DNA of 64,000 nt from positions 88,474,001 to 88,538,000 of the forward strand of contig NC_043003.1 of NCBI RefSeq assembly GCF_006345805.1, written 5' to 3'. The number at the start of each line of letters is the position of its first letter. Within the stretch, counting starts at the first letter, position 1. The notes beneath the pieces were generated by a model, which saw nothing but the letters and a program-made list of their open reading frames with translations, did no database searches and had not been told where the DNA came from. The position numbers and the translations under genes are program-made. Shown here in pieces: positions 21,915 to 35,372 of the stretch. Source of the stretch: Octopus sinensis (Eukaryota).

Positions 21915-22391
21915 TGGGGGGTGCAGAAATATAGGGGAGAACCAGTGGGAGGGGTGGTTCAGAGGACAGGTAATAGGCAAGTAGAACGTAGGATATCGAA
22001 GAGGGGTAATGCATGGTGAAATAGCGTATTGAAGAGGGGGGTTCAAAGAGTAGACACCTATAATGGTGGTGGTGGGGGGGTGCAGAAATATAGGGGAGCA
22101 CCAGTGGGAGGGGTGGTTCAGAGGACAGGTTCTAGGCAAGTAGAACTAGGTAGGATATCGAGAGAGGGGTAATGCATGGTGAAATGGCGTATTGAAGAGG
22201 GGGGTTCAAAGAGTAGACACCTATAATGGTGGTGGGGGGGGGGTGCAGAAATATAGGGGAGCACCAGTGGGAGGGGTGGTTCAGAGGACAGGTCTAGGCA
22301 AGTAGAACGTAGGATATCGAGAGAGGGGTAACGCATGGTGAAATAGCGTATTGAAGAGAGGGGTTCAAAGAGTAGACACCTATAATGGTGG
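21915..22391. repeat. About 160-bp tandem repeat, 3 copies
   Basis: GTGCAGAAATATAGGGGAG at 21921, 22080 and 22243. Confidence 0.92.
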
Positions 22392-22474
22392 GAGAGAAAG
22401 AAACGACATCCGGTATAGTTGGAGCAAAATAGAGATATCCGGTATTGGTGGTGGGGTGGGGTAGGGCGGGCGCG

Positions 22475-23683
22475 CCGCGAAGAACCGGCAGCCAATTTCT
22501 AATCAGCCCTGTAAGGGAGATAGATCTTAAATATCTATAAAGATAACTAGTGAATTATACAGAATATGCAAAAACGAGGCGAGGCTGAAATAGTAAACAG
22601 AGTGGCGACTAGGGGGATCAGAATAATAATAATTAATAAATAATAATAATAAATAGAGATACGGATGAATTAAAGTTCAAAGATTTCTTATCTTGGGATC
22701 ACTTCGTTTACGGACAGACTTGGCAAAAGGAATTCGGAATCAAGAGTGAGGCAGGTTACTAGCTTAAGTATGCATAGCCATGTCGAGGAGTAGGAAGAGG
22801 AGTCCAGACAGACAATGTAAAAAGAGGGGGAGAGAAACACCGCGAAGAACCGGCAGCCAATTTCTAATCAGCCCTGTAAGGGAGATAGATCTTAAATATC
22901 TATAACGATAACTAGTGAATTATACAGAATATGCAAAATCGAGGCGAGGCTGAAATAGTAAACAGAGTGGCGACTAGGGGGATCAGAATAATAATAATTA
23001 ATAAATAATAATAATAAATAGAGATACGGATGAATTAAAGTTCAAAGATTTCTTATCTTGGGATCACTTCGTTTACGGACAGACTTGGCAAAAGGAATTC
23101 GGAATCAAGAGTGAGGCAGGTTACTAGCTTAAGTATGCATAGCCATGTCGAGGAGTAGGAAGAGGAGTCCAGACAGACAATGTAAAAAGAGGGGGAGAGA
23201 GAAAACCCGCGAAGAAGAACCGGCAGCCAATTCTAATCAGCCCTGTAAGGGAGATAGATCTTAAATATCTATAACGATAACTAGTGAATTATACAGAATA
23301 TGCAAAAACAAGGCGAAGCTGAAATAGTAAACAGAGTGGCGACTAGGGGCATCATAATAATAATAATTAATAATAATAGTAATAAATAGAGATACGGATG
23401 AATTAAAGTTCAAAGATTTCTTATCTTGGGATCACTTCGTTTACGGACAGACTTGGCAAAAGGAATTCGGAATCAAGAGTGAGGCAGGTTACTAGCTTAA
23501 GTATGCATAGCCATGTCGAGGAGTAGGAAGAGGAGTCCAGACAGACAATGTAAAAAGAGGGGGAGAGAAACACCGCGAAGAACCGGCAGCCAATTTCTAA
23601 TAAGCCCTGTAAGGGAGATAGATCTTAAATATCTATAACGATAACTAGTGAATTATACAGAATATGCAAAAACGAGGCGAGGT
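22475..23683. repeat. About 366-bp tandem repeat, at least 3.3 copies, running into the gap
   Basis: CCGCGAAG at 22475, 22840, 23207 and 23573. Confidence 0.93.
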
Positions 23684-23783
23684 NNNNNNNNNNNNNNNNN
23701 NNNNNNNNNNNNNNNNNNNNNNNNNNNNNNNNNNNNNNNNNNNNNNNNNNNNNNNNNNNNNNNNNNNNNNNNNNNNNNNNNNN
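23684..23783. other. Assembly gap (100 N)
   Basis: Run of N. Confidence 0.99.
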
Positions 23784-24664
23784 TGGGGGGGATGGCAGCA
23801 AACGTAGACCGGTGACCAGAGATAACAACAACAATAGAAAGAGAGAGACACAGCGGAAGGCAGATGCTTACATTTAACAATAGTTTATCCAATTGTTACA
23901 ACATCAAATAAAACGTAATACATATCAGATACATTTAAAGAAAAACATCTAACAGATTGTACAGGGTTAAAAGAAAAACAATTAATGCATGCACAATACA
24001 CGACGTTCGAAAACCGTCCAAATCAAAGTCTTTCTGTTCTCTTTTTTTTTACATTTCAATAGATTACAGTTTGTCACAATGTTCTTTTTTCTTTTTGTCA
24101 GTCTTTCTGGTTTTTACACAACTCACAAGTTCTTTTCTCTTTTCATTTACATTTCACATCAACATCCAAAATTCAACAACAAAAACATAAACAACATTAC
24201 CGTATGTTTTCTCGTATGCAACACTCCCTGAATCATCACAAAAACTCTCACTATATCAGACCGAGTTCAAAATGTCTCTCACTTGTCATCTCTCACATTC
24301 ACTGTCTGTCTTTCTCCAGACCACGCTTGTCATCCTTGTCGTTGCCTCTCGCTTGACAAGTCCTCAATCCCCTATGTCTGTCTTTCTCGCCATCGCAACC
24401 GAATCTGCCAACTGAACTGTCCCAGGCCAACTCTCACGCCAAACTGACTGCTAACCCCAATGCCAGCTGCATTTATAAAGGGTAGCATTTGTATTTCTTT
24501 CTTAAACTTTCCCTGACCGTAGGGACCAAAATGTCACTTCCTAACTCATTAATTTTCCCTACAGATGACAGGACAAAGCCAAATAACTTCTTTCGCCAGT
24601 CCATCTGGCACCAAACCAATGGAAACTAGGTCATAACAGTTTTTCCTCAACTGACCTCGTATCA
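23784..24664 (-). mobile_element. Gypsy-type LTR, diverged copy of 35373-36361, 3' end lost in the gap
   Basis: Reverse complement aligns in blocks, e.g. GGTGCCAGATGGACTGGCGAAAGAAGTTAT and GAATTTTGGATGTTGATGTGAAATGTAAA. Confidence 0.75.
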
Positions 24665-24797
24665 ATATACATATATATATACATATATATATACACACAT
24701 ATATATATATACATATATATATATATACATACATATATATACATATATATATATATACATACATATATATACATATATATATATATACATACATATA

Positions 24798-24888
<91 letters not shown>

Positions 24889-24892
24889 GTAC

Positions 24893-24926
<34 letters not shown>

Positions 24927-24935
24927 GTACATATA

Positions 24936-24970
<35 letters not shown>

Positions 24971-25090
24971 GTACATATATATATACATACATATATATAT
25001 ACATACATATATATATACATATATATATACATACATATATATATACATAGATATATATAGATATACATATATATATACATACATATATAT

Positions 25091-25149
<59 letters not shown>

Positions 25150-25310
25150 CATATATATATACATATACATATATACATACATACATATATACATACATAT
25201 ACATACATATATATATACATATACATACATATATACATACATATACATATATATATATATATATACACACATATATATATACATATATATACATAAAAAA
25301 TAAATATATG
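24665..25310. repeat. (TA)n/(TACA)n compound microsatellite
   Basis: Direct inspection; source of the spurious YIYM-type ORFs. Confidence 0.95.
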
Positions 25311-26403
25311 TATGTATATCACTCCATCTGCCTCCACTGTGCCTGCTTCTCTCTCTTCTTGCAGCCTACCCAACAGCATGTCATCTCTTTTTCATCCTCC
25401 CATTTAATGTATCATTTTTATTCTGCCAATTTGCACTATCAGACTTCATCTACTCCCCCACTAACTCCTAGTACCTCTATCATACTAGTCTTACCCACTT
25501 TGTACCTTGAGGGTCCACTCTGACTCTTCATCACCATTATTTTTCTGCTTTCCAGTGCCAGGAGTTATATATTCTCCTACAGCAACAAACTTGTTCTACT
25601 CTGCCTCCTTTTCCTCTCAAACTTTAATCCTTTTTACTTCTCATTCTTCCAGTATAAAGAGACTTCTTTCTTTCCACCATGGCTCAGTCATGCAAGCAGT
25701 ATAGTGACCTCAATAGGTGCAAAAAAGTGCACCCAGCATACACTATAAAATGATTGGCATTAGGAAGGATAACCAGCTGCAGAAACCATACCAAACCAGA
25801 CACTGGAACCCAATACTGTTCTTGGGCCCATCAGATCTTGTCAAACTATCCAATCCATGATAGCATGGAACATGGATGTTAATTGATGGTGATGATGAAC
25901 AGTGCTTTTTTTCAATTTCCAGCTACCAAATCACATCACAAAATAAAGAAAAATATTTCAACATGTACAAGAACATATTTAAATCCCGCCCCCCCCCCAC
26001 TAGATTAATACTTTATTTTATTAACTCTGGAAGGATGAAAGGAAAGGATGATCTCAATGGAATTTGAAGCATCAGCAACATAATATATTCTACAAGTTTC
26101 TCTCCATTAAATATATAAAACAGCCAACATTTACAAAGCTGAATTGTCCACTGAACACAAATGGGCAACATAGGCTTGAAATCTCTTTCTCCCAGACAAG
26201 TCTGTTTAGTATGACATAAAACATACTCATTTGCACTAATAGATGTTTTACCCACTAATAGATGTTTTACTCAACATTCATCAGAGCTGAAAACACCAAG
26301 TATCATACTAGTGAAATATTCAAAATGCCACTCTAAATTATAACAAATTAATTAAATCAAATGAAGATCACAAGAGTTTTGAAGTTTAATTGACTAGACA
26401 TAC

Positions 26404-26511
26404 CTGTACAGTGTTAGCAGTAGACCAATACTGATCAGATGAGAGACATCGCAGAAATAGCCGGAGGGAAGTGGGAGCTACAGGAAATTGAAGCAGTCTT
26501 GCTACCCACAT
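26404..26511 (-). CDS. Candidate first coding exon of a host gene, MWVARLLQFPVAPTSLRLFLRCLSSDQYWSTANTVQ (possible mitochondrial presequence)
   Basis: ATG with A at -3; 36 open codons ending at a phase-0 donor CAG|GTATGT; upstream acceptor CTACAG| at 26604 with no earlier ATG in between; non-repetitive and less AT-rich than the flanks. No downstream exon identified. Confidence 0.35.
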
Positions 26512-27814
26512 GATCGATGGAGTTGCCAAAAACAGTCAAATAACTAGCAAGGTTATGCTTGTGCGTGCAGTTGATCACTGGTATCGAGAGCAGAGTTACA
26601 GATTCTGTAGACCACAAATAAATGGAATTTCAATAGATGCTAGAAGTGACAAGTGTCTCAGCATCACTTTCAGACTATTCTACAATATTTAGGCCACCTT
26701 TTTCAAACACTTTACTACTGATATTTACAAAATCAATAAGCCAAGATGCAAGCTAGGTTTGAATTCATAAAGGAAATTGTGGTCTCATTCAAGGCTTGAA
26801 TAAAATTAATTTTCAGAAAGAAAAATAACATTAATAAAAATTATCATATGAATGATTTTTTTTTAATAGAGAGAAGACCACTTATTACAGAGGTGGAGTA
26901 TTGTCAGTTGAATTAACCACAATATATTACTGGTACTTAGTATATTAGCTCCTTATGTCAAGTGCACCATATTAGAACTTCAATTTGAAATCAAAACAGG
27001 CAGCATTTAGCACAGTGCTCAAACTTGCCAATCTCTGACTTCCTGGGGAAATTGTTAGAGTATCAGGCAAAATACTATGAGGCATTTCTTCCAATTGGGT
27101 TGTAATTTAATTGTTTAATTTTATTATAAAAGATGAGCTAGTCTATGTGTATTTGTTTAAGGTATATTAATGTCATTGCCTAAGCCATGTTTGTGTATAC
27201 TTTATTATTATTATCATCATTATGAGTGTGGAAAAATATAGCATTTGTATACCATAATGGCAGGGTGTTGGTTTCCATATCTGTTTGTACTCTTGCTCCA
27301 ACCATTTCAAATAAAAGTAGATAAATTAAATTAAATAAATTATAGGTATACACACACACACACACACATACATACATACATACATATATATATAGATATA
27401 TATATATATATATAAGAGAAGGTATGATTCTAAAGTATATCTACTGATCTCCAAGTGTTCTAATACTAAATCTAATCAGATATATATTAACACCATAATT
27501 TATGCGCGTACAAAATTCTATATGCACAACTATACTTGACTTTACCTATACACTAAAACTCCTCGCATATGCATACACACGCATCTAAGTGGACATGCAT
27601 ATGTCCACTTACATGACAACATAAGTATATCCATAAATCCACAAATACTCCGATTAGAGTACTAATCAGATATGTATTTCTATACCTATGTTAATGCGTT
27701 TACTCCAATATATATATATATATATACACATACACATACACATTGCCAACCCAGTCCAAATCCTCATCCTGAACTTCATATATCATACACACACAAATAC
27801 ACGTATGCACATAC

Positions 27815-27857
<43 letters not shown>

Positions 27858-28139
27858 TATACATACATGCGTGCATACACATATGTGTGTGCATATACAT
27901 ATACACATACAGATATACGTACAAAAATAATGGCAATATATATACTCACACATACATGTATATATGCACACAATCATAACTAACTCACTACATACTTTCA
28001 TTTATACGCCTGTACATATAAAGTATACAATGTAATAGAGCAACAAGAACAACACGAATAAATATTATGTCAGTAGGGGTTTGAATATTAGATGCTAGTG
28101 CTATTTGGAGAAGGTATGCCTAGTTTTATTAAGATAGGA

Positions 28140-29318
28140 ATCGTTTCATTCATTAAGACTATTTATAAGCGGAAGTTTGGCTTTAATTATAAAGGAAATT
28201 TCATTAATACATAATATACATTTTCTATTTCTAGTACTATACACCGGTGCTGTTGTAACGATTTTCCAATGTAAATTGTAGTTAATTCCCCCATCCTTTA
28301 CTTCCCATATATAGTCACTTAATCCTGTAGTATTCTTCCTATTTCTATTTCTAAAAGTATACCTGTGGTGATTCAGCCTCGGTTTCATATTGTTTTTGGT
28401 CATTCCCACATATAACTTACTATCAGATTGTGTACTTACTATGTCATGCTGGTGAGACCCATATTGGAGTATGGGATTCAAGCCTCTTCTCCTTATCTCC
28501 TCAAAGACATACAGCATCTCGAAAGAGTCCAGAAGCTGGCTACCCGCATGGTTCATGGTCTCAAAAATTTGTCCTACGAAGAAAGGCTGAGGACGCTCGA
28601 CCTTTATTCTCTTGAAAAACGCCGCTGCCGTGGTGATCTCATTCTCGCCCACAACATCATAAGCGGAAAGTGTAACCTCTCGCAAAAGCTGTTCTTCACT
28701 CCTGCTCCAGAGCGTCGGCTGCGGGGTCATTCCGAAAAGCTCTACCTGCGACGATTTCATCTCAATCGAAGGAGAGGAGCTTTCTCCGTCCGGGTTGCGG
28801 ATCCGTGGAACAAGCTGCCAGACGAGATGGTGAAGATGCCGACGACCGCTTTGTTCAAAGCCTCCCTTGACCTCAAGTGGCCTGAACTCTTTACATGAAC
28901 ACCACCCTGTACTTAACTCCATGTCCCCCTACATGGCCTTGCTATTTGCTTTTGAGCCAAATTAACTAACTAACTAACTAACTACATTGATACATTACTT
29001 CCTTTCTAATACAGTTATCATTGAATACACAATTACTGCTGATTCTACAATTACATGTTTTATGTAGCTGTGTGGGGTTTATATTATTGGAACGGATAGT
29101 CATTACATTATTGGTACTGTGGCTATTGTTGATACCAATATTGTTATTATTGTTGTTACTACTGTGATTACTAGTAATAGTATAATAATAATAATAATAA
29201 TTATTATTATTATTATTATTGGTTAAAATAATATTATTATTTTCATTTATATTGTTGCTGTTATTATTATTATTATCATCATCATCATCATCATCATCAT
29301 TACCAAGAGCACAATTTC

Positions 29319-29363
<45 letters not shown>

Positions 29364-30010
29364 GGTTATTATCATTATTATTATTACTTGTCTATGCATC
29401 ATTTCTGTTATTTTTTCTACTTAGATAGGTATCCAGTTTTCTATTGTTAATTGAGATGATGGTAGCCAGGTTATGTGTTAGACTATATCATATTTTTATT
29501 GTTTTGTTATTGATTATCTCCCAATATTTGTTTTTTTCTTTTGTAAAGTGTTTGTTAATTAATCGAAAAATTGTTTTAACTATGTCATTTTTAATTTGCA
29601 TAGCAAAAGGGATGATCAACAACAGAGTATCAATTTCATTATTTCCCTTATTGAGGTTTTTACATTATGGGTATTGTTTGTTATTATTCCTATTTTTGCT
29701 TTAATAATTAATATTATTATTATTATTAACAATTTTATAATAATTATCATTATTATTGTTGTTGTTATTATGGCTATTATTATTTATGTGTCGCTTTATT
29801 GTATTTCTAATATTTCTATTGTTGTATTTATATTTATCTTTGGTAGAGTTACATTCGTCCACATTTTGGGGGCTAGAGGTAGTTGCTCTATCCTGGCTAC
29901 TATAGTTAATATTCCTTGGGAGATATTTAATTTTACCTTTATATCCTGCATTTTTTAGTGCTATATTGTATTTTTCCTTGTCTTTATTAAACATTTCTTC
30001 ATTAGAGGAT
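28140..30010 (-). mobile_element. Penelope-like element remnant interrupted by a CR1 fragment
   Basis: FNKDKEKYNIALKNAGY; PPFAMQIKNDIVKTIFRLINKHF; KLYVGMTK...LSDYIWEVK...CILCINE (GIY-YIG). Confidence 0.8.
28430..28984 (+). mobile_element. CR1-clade LINE 3' fragment nested in the Penelope endonuclease region
   Basis: LVRPILEYG...LERVQKLATRMV...LSYEERL...LEKRR.RGDLI; (TAAC)n tail. Confidence 0.88.
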
Positions 30011-30385
30011 AGATTTCAAAAGATGGAAATAACATGAGGGTTACTGTGACCTCTTGGCAGAAACAGCAGTAAGAAACTGCTCTTTTTTCTCTTTTCTAGA
30101 AATTACTAGTACTTTATACATGTATATATATTATTAGAACTGTTTTAAATAAATAAATAGACATAATATAATGTTAAACAGCTGATGAATACTACCTCTG
30201 GATTCCCTCCATTTTCTTTTTGCCATATAAATTAAGGGTAAAAACACTTATTACACTCGCCCAGTTACTATAATCAGTAGTGTAATTACCATGCAATAAC
30301 CAACACCTGTGTATTCTAACAACAGTATATTGGATAGATACTATCCTTAGTTGGTTGGATTCACAACCTCTAACTCTATGTCAAT

Positions 30386-30430
<45 letters not shown>

Positions 30431-30454
30431 TGCACACATAAATATACATAAATA

Positions 30455-30508
<54 letters not shown>

Positions 30509-30693
30509 TATATACACACACATAAATATACATAAATATGTGTGTGTGTATATATGATTGATTTTGATTTTTCCAGTTTCAGCTAATGAGCTGTGGCCAT
30601 GCTGGGGCACCGCCATTGTATATATATATACACACACATATATACATATATGTATATATATATATACACACACACATATATGTACAAATGTAT

Positions 30694-30745
<52 letters not shown>

Positions 30746-30781
30746 AGATACAAATGTATATATACAAATAAATATATATAT

Positions 30782-31102
30782 TGTTGTATTTAGGAATGGT
30801 CATTTTGCAAGTTTAGCCAATTAAATCACACACACTATATATTTGGTGTTACTTTGCTTCAGCGTTATTCATTTTTTAATCTTAATCTTATTTCAGCCAG
30901 AGTTCTTTTGTCATACTCCTGGCCGAAATAAGATTAAGATTAATGTAAAAAATGAATAATGCTGAAGCAAAGTAACATCAAATATATTGTGCGTGTGTTT
31001 TTATTGGCTAAATTGGCAAAATGACCGTTCCTAAATACAATATCTGTTTCAACACACGATTTCACATCAAAAATCTTGCAAAACAAATATATAAACGTAA
31101 AT
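30782..31102 (+). mobile_element. Non-autonomous hairpin element (MITE- or HINE-like); shorter copy at 36500-36662
   Basis: About 260-bp imperfect palindrome (30784-31042) plus a conserved one-sided 3' extension ATCTGTTTCAAC...AAATCTTGCA..ACAAATAT.TAAACGTAA present in both copies. Confidence 0.65.
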
Positions 31103-31183
31103 ATATATACATATATATATAAATACAAATGTATATATACAAATAAATATATATATATATATATATATATACACAAATATATG

Positions 31184-34100
31184 ACTTGATTTGATTTGAT
31201 CTAGTTTCAGCTCATGGGCTGTGGCCATGCTGGGGCATCGCCTTTGCTGTTGCTATATAATTTTATCTCACGGATGCTTTTTTAAGAATTGATCTTTGGT
31301 GCATGAGGGAGTTTGATGCCACTGCCCTCATCAGCACCTCCTGTTGTGATGTTGGCTCACCTGGGACACTTCACAGGAAGCGGTCCAGTTTTATTTTGAA
31401 GACACCTACATCCACCCCATGCAGGTCCCTCAGGTTCTTCGGAAGGATATTAAAGAGCTGTTGTCCTCTGAAGCTCAGGCTCTTGCAGTATATTGTCCCA
31501 AATCATGATGGCAAATTTCGAGTCCTTGGCACGATGCAGTGGCGCCCAGTTCTAGTATTTGTGTAACTCTCGATGCCAAAGTTTGGGACAAGTCCTTCCA
31601 AGATCTTCCAGATGTATATTATGGCATATCTTTCTTGCCTATGCTCTAAGGAATAGAGTCTTAATCTCTTGAGTCTTTCCCAATAGCTTATATGCTGCAT
31701 AGAGGCTATCTGCTTCGTGTAGCTTCGTTGGGTTGCCTCAAGTCCTGAGATTAATTTGACACTGGTTGGTGACCATAGCTGAGAGCAATAGTCAAAGTGG
31801 CTTAGGACAAGTGTCCTCCAGAGGACCTTCATAGTTTCCTGATCTCTTGTTCTAAAGGTTCTAAGAATACATCCGGTCAGCCGCCTACATTTCATTGCCA
31901 ATTTAGCAACATGCACATGAAAGGTTGCATCATTACTTGTGTAAATACCCAGCTCTTGCACTGATTGTGCCTCTGGGATTGCAATCCCTCCAGGTCGAGT
32001 GTATTTAATAGGTATTGCATTTAGTTTTGCATGCTGATAGCATAAAGCTTGAAACTTTTCAGCATTGAACTGCATGCTATTCTTTTCAGCCCACTTGTAT
32101 ATTTCGTCCAGCTCACATTGCAGGTGCATAGTGTCTTCAGGGTTCTGTATTACCAGTGAAACTTTTCTATCATCTGCATAACTTGTGATCGCGGCTCTTT
32201 GCATGGCTGAGGGCATGTCTGAGAGAGCCATTATGAACAGTAGTGGTCCCAAAACAGTGCCTTGTGGAACACTGCTCACTATTTGCATGTCATTGGAGGT
32301 GACCCCATTGGCTACTACCACCTGACTTCTATCCTTCAGAAAGTCATGAAGCCATTCTCCCAATTTTCCAACTATGCCAAGATCACGCAGTTTGTGACAT
32401 ATCATTCCATGATCAAGTTTATCAAAGGCCTTTGCAAAGTTGAGGTATATCACTTCCACATTTGAGTGGTTGAGCAGCTGTTTCAGCACCCAGTCATAGT
32501 GTTGTAAGAGCTGAATCAGACAGCTTCTACCTGGTTGGAAACCATGTTGGATGTCAGGCAGCAAGTCATTTTCTTCTGACTATTCGTTCCGTGACCTTGC
32601 TGATGTGTGAGGTCAGAGAGATAGGTCTGTAGTTCTTGGTCTCCGCTCTGCTACATCCTTTATGAATAGGGCATATTTTACCCTCCTTCAGTTTTCTTGG
32701 AAGTTTGCCAGTTACAAGGAAGCTCTGAAAGAGGAACTGCAGTGGTTTTGCTAGGACTCTCTTACATACTTTTAGAAGGATTGCTGGGAATTTATCAGGG
32801 CCAGTAGTTGAGTTTGGGTTCATTTCATCTATAGCTCTTATTATATCGTCTTCCTTTATATTGATGTAATCGATCATCATTGCCTCTGTTTTTATATCTG
32901 CAGTAGTAAAAAAGTCAGTCGGATTGCTGACATGCAAGTGTCCGGGGGGGGGGGGGATACTTTTGAATTGCTCATTTAGTATTTCACTTATCCTCATTGG
33001 GCTTCCTGTGAGTGTACCATCTTTTTCAAGGATGGCCCTATGCTGCAGTGCACTGCAGCTGTTTCTTTGGTAAACTTGTAGAAAGCTCTGGGGTTAGATT
33101 TTATGCTGTCTATAGCCCAGGCTTCTTTGTCTGTTCTTTCTTTTTTATGGGAGAGTTGCAGAATTTTTTCAATCTCCAGCAGTTGTATTTTCACTGCTTT
33201 CAATTTGTTTGTTTAGGCGATTTGAAACTTTTATACGCCGTCTCATAAGAATTTTCCTCTCCCTGGGGATTTTGTTTTTGTATACAGTGGCTTTTCTCTC
33301 TGGGACACATTTGTAGCATATGGCTTGCATTACAGACATGAATTGCTGAAGTTTCATGTTGATATCCGATGAGGAGAGACATTTAGGCCAGTTTTGTTTG
33401 AGGCTCTCTTTCTCAATTTGTTTCCAGTTTGCCTTATGGAATTTCAAGCTGGAAAGATTCTGAGAGTTTCTAGTAGGCTGCATGTCCATGCTTTCCTTTG
33501 GCCCGTACATGGTCAGCTCTACCGTGTTGTGATCTGAGAGTAGTGTCAATGTAACTTTCACATTATGGATGAGATCCATATTATTTGTGAAGCAGAGATC
33601 CAGTGTGTTACCTGCCCTGGTTGGTTGGAGTATTACTTGCTCCATGTACAGTGTTGATGAGGTTCAGAGGGGACTTCACCTGTCCTTGTTCACATTGTGT
33701 CATTCCTGAGAGAGAAAGGCCCTCGGGCCATCTGACATTGTGCAGATTGAAGTCTCCCATAAGAAGTACGCTTATGTGTTGTTCTAATGTGACTAGAACT
33801 TCTATTTTTGTAAGGCAGTTTTCAAACTTACCTACATGATTTGGAGCATCTGGAGGGCGATATGTAGCACATATAACTACACTGAGTTGCCTTATATGTA
33901 CAATTAGTGTGTCACTGAATTTGAGTGTGACAAAAGGACCTGGGGTGTGAGGTCTTTGCGGTTGTACATAGCAACTCCACCATGACTCCTTTCTTTTCTG
34001 TCGGTCCGTAATACAACATACTGTGGTATGTGTATTTCTGCATTTGCTATATCTGGTTTCGGGTGTGTTTCTGTAAGTGCTATGCATAAGGCTTGATTGC

Positions 34101-34370
34101 ATGCAACAAGGTCTCTCAAGAAAGGGATTTTTGTCCTGTTACTAAGTGTTAACAGTCCTCTGATGTTCAGTAAGAGCACTGATGTGATGTGTGTTGTTGC
34201 CAGTGGTGCCCACCTTGGGTCTATTTGCTGTGGTGATCTTGTGTATTGGGGATAGTCCCATCTGTGAGATTGATATAGCCAGGTCAGCTGCTGTACAATC
34301 TTTTGTGCTATGACAAAAAAGATTGTTGTTCAGCAGTTACCCTTTCCACATGTTGATAGGTCTGATTTGT
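31184..34370 (-). mobile_element. CR1/L2-group LINE, degenerate ORF2 (APE and RT) with tail
   Basis: LNIRGL, ALTETH, RTDRKERSHGGV, GDFNL, LDLCFTN, NYRPISLTS, VPQGTVLGP, SYADD; (ATTTG)n tail at 31184 on the + strand. Confidence 0.92.
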
Positions 34371-34495
34371 AGCACACACACACACACATATATATATATA
34401 TACACAATACATACATATATATATCTACATATATACAAATATACATATATCTACAAATATATATATCTACATATATAGATATATAAATATATATA

Positions 34496-34595
34496 TATCA
34501 TCATCATCGTTTAACGTCCGCTTTCCATGGACGTTTTTGACTGAGGGCTGGCGAGCCTGATGGCTGCACCAGGCTCCAATCTTGATCTGGCAGAA
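34496..34595 (-). mobile_element. RTE tail remnant
   Basis: (ATC)n GTTTAACGTCCGC...GGCTGCACCAGGCTCC...GATCTGGCAG. Confidence 0.7.
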
Positions 34596-34937
34596 TGGTT
34601 ACTACTACTACTACTACTACAATTAATGGTCTCTGCTACTACTGCCATTATGGCCAATTGTCATTTTCACGATTACAGCCAACGAATCTAGTCAATGCAC
34701 AAGACAGCCATTATGCTCTCCCCAACAAAACACCACCATGTGAACTTTTGAGACTAGTAAGAAACAATTATGAACTTTTTTATTACACTTAACTTTTTAA
34801 AATATTTTTGATAAGGTTTGTTTTTTCAAGAAGAACCGAAACATGTAGAATCTCTAAGAAAATTTAAATTTATCCTATATAGTGACGTTTTCAAACTTCT
34901 TTTTTATAAATATATAAATATATATATACAAATATAT

Positions 34938-35326
34938 AGGAGTGGCTGTGTGTTAGGTAGCTTGCTGACCAACCACATGGTTCTGGGATCAGTCCCAGAA
35001 CGTGGCATCTTGGGCATGTGTCTACTATAGCCTCAGGTCAACCAAAGCCTTGTGAGTGGATTTGGTAGACGGGAACTCAAAGAAGCCCGTCATCATTATG
35101 TGTGTGTGTGAGTATGTTTGTGTGTCTGTGTTTGTCCCCCTAGCATTGCTTGACAACCGATGGTGGTGAGTTTATGTCTCCGTCACTTAGCGGTTTGGCA
35201 AAAGGGACCGATAGAATAAGTACTGGGCTTACAAAGAATAAGACCCGGGGTCGATTTGCTCGACTAAAGACGGTGCTCCAACATGGCTGCAGTCAAATGA
35301 CTGAAACAAGTAAAAAGAGTAGAGAG
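34938..35326 (+). mobile_element. tRNA-derived SINE (family A)
   Basis: Head, body and tail as in the other copies; more diverged. Confidence 0.85.
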
Positions 35327-35372
35327 ATATACAAATATATATATATATATATATATATGTATACAAATATAT

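Noticed and set aside
21915-23683. Tandem arrays as a CRISPR-like locus
   Set aside because: Units are contiguous with no unique spacers, and the context is eukaryotic with no cas genes.
24549-25523. Long YI/YM/CI-rich ORFs here and at many other sites
   Set aside because: Translations of TA/TACA microsatellites.
26270-26290. Minus-strand CTGATGA with a small hairpin
   Set aside because: No GAAA, stem III or stem I follows.
28146-28922. 258-aa minus-strand ORF that looks like a novel GIY-YIG fusion
   Set aside because: Chimeric read-through: antisense CR1 insert joined to the Penelope endonuclease remnant.
30178-30260. CTGATGA-ATACT, a start similar to the 57659 hammerhead
   Set aside because: The GAAAC/stem III half cannot be found; at most a relic.
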